Shown here in pieces: positions 22,901-29,699 of a stretch of DNA of 64,000 nucleotides (positions within the stretch are counted from its first letter, which is position 1; every line of letters starts with the position of its first letter). The notes below the pieces were generated by a model, which was not told the origin of the DNA, did not search any database, and saw only the letters and a program-made list of their open reading frames with translations. Location of the stretch: assembly GCA_049793155.1 (NCBI GenBank), contig JBARBN010000228.1:14644-78643 (forward strand), given 5' to 3'. This stretch comes from Nitrospirota bacterium (GTDB taxonomy: Bacteria > Nitrospirota > UBA9217). The translations under genes and the position numbers were made by a program.

Positions 22901-24392
22901 AATGGTCCGGTAATTGGTTCGTGGAATCGTGCCATAAGTACTTTCTTATATCCCCGCCGACGAGCCGCTCATACGCAGTCTTGTCCCGGGTCAGCAATGC
23001 CTGCGAAATATCTCCGATCGATGACCCCGAGGTCACGGAGGTTGTTATTTTTTCACCCTGCAAAACACCGTTCTTCTGATCGTAATAATCCCGAAGCTCG
23101 ACGCTGGTCAATTTGGCATCGGCAACCACCGCAACGGGGAGGTCCTTCATGACACCGCTTACGTCGATGCTGCTGCCCGATTCCATGTAGACCCGGTCGG
23201 TCGCCCTCAAGGTTACGTTCCCCGCCGGCGCAACAATGTTTCCCCTCAGCTCGATCTCATTCGCGCTGTTGGTCCCTCCCCTCATGTCATTGTTGTTGTT
23301 CTTGCTCAAACCTCCTATGAACACGACCGGCTGAATGTCGAAGGTATCGCTGATGGTGCGCGGCAGGCCGGTCACCGGGTCCAATGAAACATCGACCGGC
23401 AGCAGAATCATGCTGTTAACGCCTGTGGTGATCTTTTTCGCTGCCCTCAATTCCACCTGACCGTTCTTATTCTGGAATGCCGTCACGGCACGGATGACCC
23501 CCCACTGATCAATGTTGTTGCCGTGCATGCCGGCCACGCCGCCATCGGCGTATAATTTCCCGCCCTCCCGGTTCACGGCACGGCCGAAATCAGGATCGGT
23601 ACTCATGGGCGCGTTCAGGAAGTCATCATTGATCACGACATAATAGCCGGATCTCGCCGTGTCGCTCTCTTGCGGGGTCAGCAGCTGCACGTCCGTCCCG
23701 GCAACCAGACCGATCTGGCCTGCGGGCGCATTGATGGTGCCGCCATTTTCCACACGGGGGGCCATAAGGAATACAGTGCCGCCATTTGCAGTGATCTCTC
23801 CAAAATTCGAGACCGTAGCCTGCAGATCAAAACCCGCTCCTGATTGCTGGTAGTCCTCCGCCTTGAATTTCAATGCATTGTTTATGAAATCGCCATCATG
23901 GATATTCAAGGCCGAGGCCACCAGGCTATTGACGTTCACTATCGAGCCCTGCCCGAAGAGGATGCCGTTCTGATTAATGAGGTAGATCTTTCCGTCCGCC
24001 GTGAGCTTTCCAAAGATCAGGCTGGGGTCCCTGCTCCAGATCCGGTTCAGGGCGGACCAGTTTGCATTTCCCTGCTGATCGAACTTTGTCCAGGCATCAG
24101 CGCCGATATCGAAAGATGACCAATCGATGATGACGTTCGGCTGGGTCTGATGGACGACGAGCTGGTTCTGCGAAGTATTATTATCAACAGTGACGCCAGG
24201 TATGGTTGCTGTCGGTTGTTGCAGCACAGGCAATTGTGTCCGGGGAGGAGGCGCTACCGTTGATCCGTAAAAGCCGGGAATATTGACCTGACCGGCCAGG
24301 GCGTAATGGGGGAACAGGACCAGCACGCAACCGAGCAGTCGCATCATGACATGAAAAAAGCTGATTTTCATTGCTCCCCTCCTGTACCTCAT
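13998..24392 (-). CDS. Giant TpsA exoprotein of a two-partner secretion system (filamentous-hemagglutinin-like; 3464 aa)
   Basis: Signal peptide, then a TPS secretion domain: NVIIDWSSFDIG...ALNRIWS...GKIYLINQNGILFG. This is the FhaB/ShlA-type NPNL/NPNGI-like core. About 3100 aa of degenerate G/N/S/T-rich beta-helix-like repeats follow. The C-terminus is acidic (...DFVEDDNDKSKEE). The real start is probably MKISFF at 24371. Confidence 0.85.
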   Translation of the reverse strand: MRYRRGAMKISFFHVMMRLLGCVLVLFPHYALAGQVNIPGFYGSTVAPPPRTQLPVLQQPTATIPGVTVDNNTSQNQLVVHQTQPNVIIDWSSFDIGADAWTKFDQQGNANWSALNRIWSRDPSLIFGKLTADGKIYLINQNGILFGQGSIVNVNSLVASALNIHDGDFINNALKFKAEDYQQSGAGFDLQATVSNFGEITANGGTVFLMAPRVENGGTINAPAGQIGLVAGTDVQLLTPQESDTARSGYYVVINDDFLNAPMSTDPDFGRAVNREGGKLYADGGVAGMHGNNIDQWGVIRAVTAFQNKNGQVELRAAKKITTGVNSMILLPVDVSLDPVTGLPRTISDTFDIQPVVFIGGLSKNNNNDMRGGTNSANEIELRGNIVAPAGNVTLRATDRVYMESGSSIDVSGVMKDLPVAVVADAKLTSVELRDYYDQKNGVLQGEKITTSVTSGSSIGDISQALLTRDKTAYERLVGGDIRKYLWHDSTNQLPDHWVYQPQTGNIDMNVTNGDIIIKQGAALNLAGGLINYQSGLVDSTKLLSGTQIYDIGNAPANIQYNKLLGNYEKTYDGFGIRESYSGIYYGGASSLKTYVKGYAQGGDAGTLSLTASSVVLDGQLNGSVTRGTYQNAWTTRTAYGTDADYEEALMLSKAQGIETPRAGTLKIGNSGSTTLNNPTSISVLSQIDPQQLSIDNKLTIGSDPLTGPTLISATTLNNAKLGTVNLTADLTIDTAADAGLVLQPGGSFAATARRIDHEGSITVHGGEINLYAAQNNTSQLNANGTSNGASYEPLDERIIAGKKSVLDVSGERIDNSQAGTTGNAFAGSGRTNGGSVSLKDETDQGAGVFVQTGALMDVSGGYSIDQKGKVTGGNAGSLSIQGTNIELDGDLRGYALADPNGKLQGGAITLASTNITVAPASSIPQTYDWSSFDAASSDPQKSSVSAEMKDKFTLAENRFDDTGFTRITLNSQNDLIIDKNTTITPSLARMNNPIIGQTGKALIEGQDASGSMVPGRPDLMRLDDAMSYMAGPSSFTANAAKLFDGTLTSGNSNFAGNLKDVDRSSVNLMVSDGAVIQTSPGGSISLSGPNVTVQGMLDAPAGNISLSATKGDLLLGNGAKITAAGYNRPDPSSTPNGFDVNYQSMTGGNVSLTAFGSLEIDRSAIVDVSGSDVVQNTVLSNGKITTYKTASNPGSVSLSYGSDLNPLGSVYANHAQLEGLGGGSLAIAKTDATSGMDVTKLALHTTGFDDLTFRSAYSLIFSSNINNALIGRKLTLDAPEITGSGNNVALSAPWIVLTNTSKVSPPALTNSTSPTAGSFTLSGGWTDSSGVKHGGFIDVIGDVQIDGFRDVTLRTDRDIRLSQVLYDNNFTSGKDGNPGTVKNGILATTGNLVLDADRIYPGNYYSYTTHGSQFYPDLYSDYTVHSNGKVTLQHTIQNADITADVPIYSAGGSLTVEGLAGIDVEKGVTLAAPMGTITLNAPGKRIYLADGSVLTTAGSAEVMYGLIDPNNLWLLEDKSNPGINAGTTSRITQDSLPQKGITLNADEVVARGGSVIDVSGGGSIFGYKFQPGVEGSVDPLTKTGRYVVFKADSFPMPGTAVYLQGGGGLSAGMYTLLPLDAKNPQNARYAFLPGASIIEAQSGPSLPEQGALSKDGYPLVVGYSAVADTPIQGTRPQVFTVRTAAEVLHAEGSYVKPEPILSGDAGIIKISGNTMILDGKLKAAAGQGFQGGKISLSAANIIVQTASTSPLGNYFNFDTSFDDLLHPELQKLKGGLTMSADGLTGFREVDLGDAGSTNSITITSTAEAPTVLNASIISLAAKNQITIGKSSSLQAVTDQNTNSGEGVITLTTPGTLDIGSNAILHATHAVSLDANNVATMKGSLQSDNGALTLKSSAIFLDDGTRTDTGLHVTQNMWTNNFTGFQDITLVSNSGNNAGIQFRENFNLSAGNSLTLDASRIANVSQSPIAVTLEAPTINFKNSGTASTLPPDASMGASIFTAATSANAGGIGTINIGDGDVLFANFNRINLNSRNDLTLNGKGSLSAGNADLSISAARVVAVSTAGTNKHKDGTATTSLTPADFAVYAGANYHNDQNDPNPTNKITIAGNGNAAGPSSTQGGTLEFWGASIDQGGVIQADGGSIKLSAMGSGPADGVMLRSGSKILAQGTVDAPGGQVLLKSVNGGIVLDSSSLIDVSAGSQGDAGLISLQSPIGGVLINGSLMAAAHGGAGGSFILDTSQLADIDMTRLIGTLSAGGFTESVDMRARKGNIDIASTDKLTAHLVKLTEDDPSKDANGVLLTDSNGNPLYGNINVAGRIEVSQGGSVELYAMNDLNIQSGGSIRAVSSTSGSLDANVLLSSSAASININGKIDVSGSDGTAPTGVVYLRAQCNLANNDLNATIASGAIAGASAVYAEAVRSYDISSSTPDLALPTGISDATTFYTNYMNNTNRFGTGINNFHLLPGIELVSNGNIDLNAAWDATTSRFGGEPGVLTIRAAGDLNINNNLADSPSGYNITSAPSGQNSWGFDLVAGADLSSADHMAVNNSGAGNLSFANNVIVYTETAPIRIASGKDTIIGVADQPPGYMLPSYMMNYSLASFTGSIRGNVGRDLIVAGAIQTATGDIDINIGRDLNLLVGNDTNNAGAGAIRTTGRLSAAAAAANWGDNPFDPMVIALPGSIQSDIYQTYYWRYDKGGNINLSVGRQAGKLNSSGQWVVADKTDAWDYFSPIEVSFPLAGNGGSATLAYYGVFSADYVNGTAGLATMGGGKLAVRTGGDFLAQAGTFGTGDLTIYSGGDIKGRFLNHGSAGEPGRAEIHAMGNFGAFDKQAQIELFNSRMNVTAQGEMQIGAVLNPTLASDKIDESRNYFVQCTYMPETSIKLKAGTDVTIAGNSPYYANDPTGYAKNYERVLPATVNVDAGGDIMLRNDFTLASFSKGDLSLDAGADVIGQVLDTAHGTYRSATILMSDISTQNWYGLFYIGNPDSPEKSGQWISKRTSNLHGLYDPTDNTWSFSEPLHAGDDQAITVHADEDIKGLNMKFSKKAEVTAGRDIVDITYEGQNITSNDVAMIRAGRDISIQYVKASSQNSAQGGLIQGGPGVFLVQAAGSIDLGSLSDGIQEIGNGNNPALGAEKSSLVVLSGYGFDKPASDIQAFFNSIRTAGDTYAGLMADGKLDEASQLLQTTRTKTIAPLLDAPTGAGDINMTSSQISTSNAASDIFVIANGNLNLGKTALPSASVVNTTTGITTANGGAINIFAVKDINVQESRVMTFFSRQDMVDPTKLYGDITVWSDQGNINAGRGSRTAVNASPPKRKQVPGLTGVYETVFTPPAVGSGMRALTYGDNPPVPGNVHLFAPTGVIDAGEAGIAGGQITLAALKVNNASNITFSAGSIGVPQSSEGTASLGTLAGTGITQNTQMNTDASGIGVSRAQASQMVEDIIAKWLDVKVVDFVEDDNDKSKEE

Positions 24393-25993
24393 CAGAACAC
24401 CGCCTTCAGTTTAAAATACAGCCTCAGATCATTGCTCTTTGTCCGGTCCGTGGCGTCCAGGGCCTTGGCCCCGTCCAGCTCGTATTCCAGGTTCTTCGCC
24501 ATCGAGCCCCGCAAGCCCACCCCGGCTCCTTCGAGCTTGACGCTGCCCGCCTGGCCAGGAAGGGGTTCTTGAGTAGTCAGCGCGGCAATGTCGTAGAAGA
24601 GAAAGGGGATCATCTGCAGCCACTTCCCGGTCCTGGTTTGTTCGAAAGGATTGGGGAAAGACACTTCCACCGTGCCATGCACGGCCTCATCGCCTGAAGC
24701 CTCGCTCTCCTTGTATCCCCGCACGCTTTCCATGCCACCCGCGACAAACTGCTCATTGTTGATAAGCGGCTGATCGGATGACTGCCCGTCCACCTTCACG
24801 AGCAGGTTCATCCCTCGGGGCAGCTTCTGGTTGCGCTGGATGGACGCTGTTTCGTAAACGTAGTCCGCCCTCCCCTTGAAGCGTTTGAGCTCGAACTGTC
24901 TCTCATGGGAACCCATGCCGCGGAAGGACATGTTCACTCCCGCGTTGAACTGTGTCATCCCTCCCCACTCATCCGGCAGGGACGCGTTGTAGGAAAAAGA
25001 AAGCGGCGTATAAGAGATCGGCGTATGGGTCGTCTCACCGCCTGCCGTGGTGAAACCGATGGCTTGATCGAATTGCTTGTAATCAATGCCCAGGGTCAGG
25101 TTATGTGAATATAGCTGGTACGGTGTCAGTGCTGTTACATATCGAGTGCCGAATATCTTTCCCTTTCCGATCACCTTGAAGTCTTCGCCAAATGCCGTAG
25201 TACTGTCCGACCAGATACCATACAGCGCCAGCTGATCGTCCTTCTGCCATGGCGCGGGCAGGACGTAGGATGCGCCCAGGACCTCAACCTCCTTCGTCTT
25301 TCGGGGAGCGGTCTGGTACTGAAAGGATAGGGAGTGCTCCGCTTGCCAGAGATTATCGTAACGGGCCATCCCGTTCAATCGCAATGCACTCGTGTCGTAG
25401 CTGGCCCTGTTGTTCAATTCCAGATACCCGTGAAAAGGAAGCCGGTCTTCCACCTTCAACTCAACATCGATGGTCCCTACTACCTTGCCCGGCGTCATTA
25501 CGGGTTCGACCTTGATGTCCTGGCTTCTGTTCAAGCGGCCGATCTCCTTCTGGACCTGCGGCAGATACAGGATCGAACCCGGGGTGAATGACGGCAGGTC
25601 CTTCATCACTTTTTCCATCGTGAAATACCGGTTGCCCGTGACCTTTACCCGGCCTATCCGGCTCTCGATGACCTGCAGCCGGACAACGCCCTCCTGCAGG
25701 GTTTGCTCGGGGATGTTCACCATAACAGCCGGATAACCGGCTTCGTGATAAAGTTTTTCGAGGACATCGCGGGCCTTTTCCACATCAACCGCTGTTTTTC
25801 CGGCGCCGGTCAACAACAAGACCGCTGCCTGCAGTTTATCTTCCGGCATGAGGGTATTTCCTGTGATCTCAAAGGTCTTGATCTCGAATCCTGATGTCCC
25901 GCCCTCCTCGGCGAGGCACACCCTGATCAGTGTTCCCTGCAGGGTCATGATCACGACCAGGAGACAGATGAGGCGCCTGCTGATATTCTCCAC
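24392..25993 (-). CDS. TpsB outer-membrane transporter (ShlB/FhaC family, Omp85 superfamily)
   Basis: Signal peptide, two POTRA-like regions and a 16-strand barrel region ending ...LRLYFKLKAVF (C-terminal Phe). Its stop overlaps the tpsA start. Confidence 0.8.
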   Translation of the reverse strand: MENISRRLICLLVVIMTLQGTLIRVCLAEEGGTSGFEIKTFEITGNTLMPEDKLQAAVLLLTGAGKTAVDVEKARDVLEKLYHEAGYPAVMVNIPEQTLQEGVVRLQVIESRIGRVKVTGNRYFTMEKVMKDLPSFTPGSILYLPQVQKEIGRLNRSQDIKVEPVMTPGKVVGTIDVELKVEDRLPFHGYLELNNRASYDTSALRLNGMARYDNLWQAEHSLSFQYQTAPRKTKEVEVLGASYVLPAPWQKDDQLALYGIWSDSTTAFGEDFKVIGKGKIFGTRYVTALTPYQLYSHNLTLGIDYKQFDQAIGFTTAGGETTHTPISYTPLSFSYNASLPDEWGGMTQFNAGVNMSFRGMGSHERQFELKRFKGRADYVYETASIQRNQKLPRGMNLLVKVDGQSSDQPLINNEQFVAGGMESVRGYKESEASGDEAVHGTVEVSFPNPFEQTRTGKWLQMIPFLFYDIAALTTQEPLPGQAGSVKLEGAGVGLRGSMAKNLEYELDGAKALDATDRTKSNDLRLYFKLKAVF

Positions 25994-26130
25994 CTGTCGC
26001 TACGCTCCAGTTCCGCTTTTGATCGTCCCCGCTTCCGCAACCTTGTCGATTGACGTATCGCAGGCCGGGAGCAGGAACACGACGGGTACGGCGGTATGCA
26101 GCCACGCACTGATCCGTTTTCTATATTGCA

Positions 26131-26325
26131 TCATGATGAAATTCCTTCTGCCCGCCTTTTTTCGTTTCTTGTCTCTCCCGACATAATGATCGCGGCATCG
26201 TTGATTTCTTCGTACTTTTCCACCCTCCCCAGGCTGCCCTGGCTGAAGTTGATCTTGACATATCCGCTGAATTCCCCTTCCACAAGCATCCTGATCACTT
26301 CGCTGAGACTTTTCATCCTGTCCAT
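26131..26325 (-). CDS. Small conserved protein S1 (64 aa), paralog of the ORF at 32339..32473
   Basis: MDRMKSLSEVIRMLVEGEFSGYVKINFSQGSLGRVEKYEEI... The corresponding 44-aa stretch of S1 (about 55% identical) aligns with MEKIKKMMEVIKALMDKKFTGYIRINFTRGSVERIEKFEEILKK. The shared core is EVI..L....F.GY..INF..GS..R.EK.EEI. It lies between the NusG-like gene and tpsB. Confidence 0.6.
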   Translation of the reverse strand: MDRMKSLSEVIRMLVEGEFSGYVKINFSQGSLGRVEKYEEINDAAIIMSGETRNEKRRAEGISS

Positions 26326-26363
26326 GGCCGCCCTCGTGATTCGCTGGTATTAAAATACCGGCA

Positions 26364-26867
26364 TTATGCCGCTTCAACATCGTCAGCGTAAATTTTTACG
26401 CCGACGCTTCTTCCCAGAAGCTCTATGCTGACGAGCAGAATGTGATGATCTTCTTTGCTCGCCAGTATCCCCTCTGCGCCCCTGAATACCCCGTTTTTTA
26501 CCCGCACCCGGGCGCCCTGTTTCAGATGCGGATAGACATCAATGTTTTCCCGGGCATCAAGGAGTATCTTCAGCGCGCGTATCTCTTCGGAAGCCACTGG
26601 TGTCGGATGTCCGGGCTCAAGGGATATGAACGTCACGGCGCCCCGGGTTTTCAAAACTCTTAGAAATTCCTCCGGACCCGGCAACAGGGAAACAAAGAGA
26701 TAGCCGGGGAACAGGGGAACGTCCACACGTTTTTTTCTGTCTTTCCATTGATTCAATTTTGTTACTGAAGGCAGAAAGGTTTCGATGCCCTTGCCTTGCA
26801 GTTCGCCCGAGACCACGAATTCATGTCGTGACTTCACGTGTACCGCATACCAGTTGGCGCTCATCAT
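26364..26867 (-). CDS. NusG-family specialised paralog (UpxY/LoaP/RfaH-like transcription antiterminator)
   Basis: NGN domain WYAVHVKSRHEFVV...FPGYLFV. C-terminal KOW-like GARVRVKNGVFRGAEGILA. Much shorter than housekeeping NusG and placed at the head of a long operon. Start taken at MMSANWYAV; the upstream 53-codon in-frame extension looks non-coding. Confidence 0.7.
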   Translation of the reverse strand: MMSANWYAVHVKSRHEFVVSGELQGKGIETFLPSVTKLNQWKDRKKRVDVPLFPGYLFVSLLPGPEEFLRVLKTRGAVTFISLEPGHPTPVASEEIRALKILLDARENIDVYPHLKQGARVRVKNGVFRGAEGILASKEDHHILLVSIELLGRSVGVKIYADDVEAA

Positions 26868-27035
26868 GGTCTTGCACCTAGGGAATGATTTGAGATTTGT
26901 ACAGACAAAGGGTGATACCGGAACGGACCATGAGGACTCGTTATGGGCTTTCCGGTCGTTGATGCTTTTTGAGCACCAACTCAGCAAAGTACCCGCATAC
27001 TCTTGCGGTGTGCGAAGCGATACCATACTATAGTC

Positions 27036-27089
27036 TTGTTAAAACTTGATGACTGTATTGTTACAATTTGATAAAGAATTTAATAACCG
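27036..27089 (-). promoter_or_regulatory. Direct-repeat array A (5 heptamers at 11-bp spacing) upstream of the NusG-like/tps operon
   Basis: TTGTTAAaac TTGATGActgt aTTGTTACaat TTGATAAagaa TTTAATA. It lies about 180 nt upstream of the NusG-like start. Confidence 0.5.
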
Positions 27090-27203
27090 CTAGTGCAAAA
27101 AGATTGTTCGCAAAGAACGCAATAAAAAGATCAAATATTTATTTTTGGCATTACGTGCTCTGTGTTCCATGCGAGCTCTACGGCTGATGTTTCTTCCCCG
27201 ATT

Positions 27204-28091
27204 CTAATCTGCCTTCAGTAAGGGCTTTGCATCAATGACCTTTCCCACGGTCACATCGCAAAGCAGCGTCTCACCGCCGAAGGAATTCCCGAAGTCGACG
27301 GTTATGCCCTTGTCGTCTACGTCGGTGATGTGTCCTACCATTTCGCCAGCCCGGACGAGCGCTCCTTTGCGGGCCTCAATGTCCACTTTGTAATCCTGGC
27401 CATCATCTCTGATGCGTCCGGGGCCGAAAGGCGTCTCGATGACGGCGCCTGGCGTCGCGGAAAACCGGATCGTCACTTCCTGGTCTGAAATGGACTCGAC
27501 CCTGCCGGGGAAATCGGGATCATAGGAATATGCTTGTCCCACTTCCGGAGATTGCTTGGCCCTGTACTCATAATCTCCCCTCGGCATTTTCATTTCCTTG
27601 GGCCGGGTGCGGACCCGGGTCAGGTGCGCGATATATTTTGGTGCTTCCTGATCCGGTACATCTTCCGCCTTGATCTCCGCCGTGCGACTATCGCCTTCCT
27701 TCATGCTGACAATGGCAAACGCGAGCTGATGCGAAATTTCCTCTTCCATTGACCGTTGCACGTAAGGCGTCGACTGCACTTGCACGGCATCCGCGGCGCT
27801 GACCGCCTCAATTGAAAGGGGAACAGCCTCATCCTTCTGCAAATAGGCGTTCGACTTTCGTTGGATCTCGGCAACGATGTCCGTTGCAGCCACAACCTCG
27901 CCCGACCGGAGTCGACACAAATAATGGACGGATGCCGTATCGCCGGGCTTTATCTCCTTCGCCTGCGCACGGTCAGTTGTGGGTTCAGGCTGCAAGGTCT
28001 GATGCGTTCCCGGGGTAGCACACCCCGTGATTGCCAGCAGGCAAACGGACACCTGAATAATTGTCTGAATTTCTTTCCCGTTAAACTTCAT
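27204..28091 (-). CDS. FKBP-type peptidyl-prolyl isomerase lipoprotein (two FKBP/SlyD-like segments)
   Basis: Lipobox LLAITGCATP. IKPGDTASVHYLCRLRSGEVVAATD resembles the FKBP GDxVxVHYxGxLxDG motif. The C-terminal GHITDVDDKGITVDFGNSFGGETL is SlyD-like. Confidence 0.5.
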   Translation of the reverse strand: MKFNGKEIQTIIQVSVCLLAITGCATPGTHQTLQPEPTTDRAQAKEIKPGDTASVHYLCRLRSGEVVAATDIVAEIQRKSNAYLQKDEAVPLSIEAVSAADAVQVQSTPYVQRSMEEEISHQLAFAIVSMKEGDSRTAEIKAEDVPDQEAPKYIAHLTRVRTRPKEMKMPRGDYEYRAKQSPEVGQAYSYDPDFPGRVESISDQEVTIRFSATPGAVIETPFGPGRIRDDGQDYKVDIEARKGALVRAGEMVGHITDVDDKGITVDFGNSFGGETLLCDVTVGKVIDAKPLLKAD

Positions 28092-28227
28092 GGCTCACTT
28101 CCTTTTCATAAATAAATTTTGCCACAAAAAGCACATTTAATATTCGCTTTCCCTTGTGTTCTTTGTGACTCTGTGGCTAAGACGATTTCAGGCTTATCCG
28201 GTTTAGGCAACGAACTCTATCACAGCT

Positions 28228-28270
28228 CTGTTACACCAATATGACAGTTGAATTAAGATTTGATGATAAC
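28228..28270 (-). promoter_or_regulatory. Direct-repeat array I upstream of the FKBP lipoprotein gene
   Basis: cTGTTACAccaa TATGACAgttg AATTAAGattt GATGATA. Preceded by CTATCAC, as in arrays C and D. Confidence 0.45.
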
Positions 28271-28282
28271 GTAAATAAAAAT

Positions 28283-28306
28283 GCGGGGCTCTGAACAGAG
28301 CCCCGC
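28283..28306 (-). terminator. Intrinsic terminator downstream of 28356..29615
   Basis: GCGGGGCTCTG-aaca-GAGCCCCGC. In the minus direction it is followed by AUUUUUAUUUACGUU. Confidence 0.6.
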
Positions 28307-28355
28307 GAAGGTTAAGACCAGCCCGTGATTTTTAACAGGCTGCAGAGTTCAAAGC

Positions 28356-29615
28356 TTAGTTGCAGTTTGCATTGTGATATTTCGTGTTTACTACGAAGCC
28401 GCCGAAATTGCTGTTTTTGATACGATGCATGTTGCACGAAGCTGACCAGTTGGGATTAACCGAAGTGATTGTGCTGGGCTGGCTTGCATACGTGCACAGG
28501 TCTTGCATGATGGGGGTCGCGGATACGGTGGTGTTCGCATACAGATTCTGGATCGTGGTGAATGGCCAGCTGTAGTCATCAACATTGGCCGTGATCGGTG
28601 AGATGCCGTCGAGTGTGAGGCGGACCGTATTGGGGAAGGTGGTGCCGAGAACCTGGTCCGCATCAGCATAACCGATGGCGCCGGCGCCGGTCCAGGTGCC
28701 GCTGCCGTTGACGCACCTCATCAGATCAGACGAACCGTCGTTAAAATAGAAATGCGCGCCGGAGCCGCCGGTGACAGCGTTCTGGATCATCCCTGAAGGC
28801 CGCATAAAGGAATCCATGGTTGCATGGGTGCCGGAACCCGCGTGGCGGTAGCAGACATTAACAGGCATAGAGGACATGCTGACAGCCTGCAGGTCCGCCC
28901 AGTTCTGAATAACGCCCTGGAATATCATCCTCGCTTCTGCGGTGCTGATGTTGCTTATCGTGGTGGTCCCATCCGCCAGTTTCACGGTGTTGTTCGCAAA
29001 GAACGCGAAGGGGACGGCAAGCGGACGGCAGTAAGCTGTCGTGTTTGAGGTGAGCACAAAAGGATTCGTCTGAAAATTGCGGACCGTCTGGACCCCGCCT
29101 AAGGGGCCAAGCAAAAGGCCGCTGGATTTCTGCACAAAGTCTCCCACCTGGACATCGGATGCGCCGATGGTCACGGGCTGGCAGGTCAAAAGTGTGGTGC
29201 TTCCGGGGTTGTCCAGCATCGGACGATAGTTAGCCCCGTTTGAAACTTCGCACGTCGTGTCACGGGACGGGTTGGTCGTGTTGCCATCCGCGGCAAGAGG
29301 ACCGTCATAGGAGGCCTTGGACGAAACGCGCCAATTGACGGTGTTTGATCCACAGGTGGCCTGCTGGATAAAGTGCTTGCCGTCAGATGATGAGGCGGAA
29401 CCGCCCAGGGTGCATCCTGCAGCCGTCAGATAGTGCGGGATCTCGCTCTTGAAAAAAGTAAACTCAGCTGATGCTCCATAGACGTTCAAGTCACCGGTAG
29501 GCGCGACCGGCGTGCCGGTTCCGGTTGAATATGTTGTCGCTGCCGAAGCGGCGCCCGCGAACGCGATGAGGGCTGCACCGGCAATGACGGAGGTAAAGAT
29601 ATTCTTGAGTTTCAT
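28356..29615 (-). CDS. Secreted protein with a divergent PstS-like (phosphate-binding periplasmic protein) fold
   Basis: Signal peptide. YRHAGSGTHATMDSFM parallels VHRSDGSGTTAIFTDYL in the bona fide PstS of this window. NVYGASAEF and IGYADADQ resemble PBP-fold motifs. Otherwise unknown. Confidence 0.35.
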   Translation of the reverse strand: MKLKNIFTSVIAGAALIAFAGAASAATTYSTGTGTPVAPTGDLNVYGASAEFTFFKSEIPHYLTAAGCTLGGSASSSDGKHFIQQATCGSNTVNWRVSSKASYDGPLAADGNTTNPSRDTTCEVSNGANYRPMLDNPGSTTLLTCQPVTIGASDVQVGDFVQKSSGLLLGPLGGVQTVRNFQTNPFVLTSNTTAYCRPLAVPFAFFANNTVKLADGTTTISNISTAEARMIFQGVIQNWADLQAVSMSSMPVNVCYRHAGSGTHATMDSFMRPSGMIQNAVTGGSGAHFYFNDGSSDLMRCVNGSGTWTGAGAIGYADADQVLGTTFPNTVRLTLDGISPITANVDDYSWPFTTIQNLYANTTVSATPIMQDLCTYASQPSTITSVNPNWSASCNMHRIKNSNFGGFVVNTKYHNANCN

Positions 29616-29699
29616 GTCATTTCTCCTTGGTTAGAGTGAAGGGTTCTTTACCGAACCCAATAAAGTTAACAATTAAAGTACATATCCTGTTTGTGACTA

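Noticed and set aside
26000-26380. Minus-strand ORF of 126 aa overlapping S1 in another frame
   Set aside because: Arg/Gly/Gln-rich, nonsense-like translation. The overlapping S1 frame is supported by a paralog with a conserved amino-acid core.
26868-27026. N-terminal 53-codon extension of the NusG-like ORF
   Set aside because: NGN domains begin at W-Y-x-V. The extension has no coding character and contains the conserved leader box and hairpin, so it was treated as 5' UTR.
29651-29668. Hairpin GGGTTCTTTACCGAACCC in the leader of 28356..29615
   Set aside because: Small stem with no U-tract, and it overlaps the 3' end of the upstream gene. Noted but not called as a terminator or attenuator.
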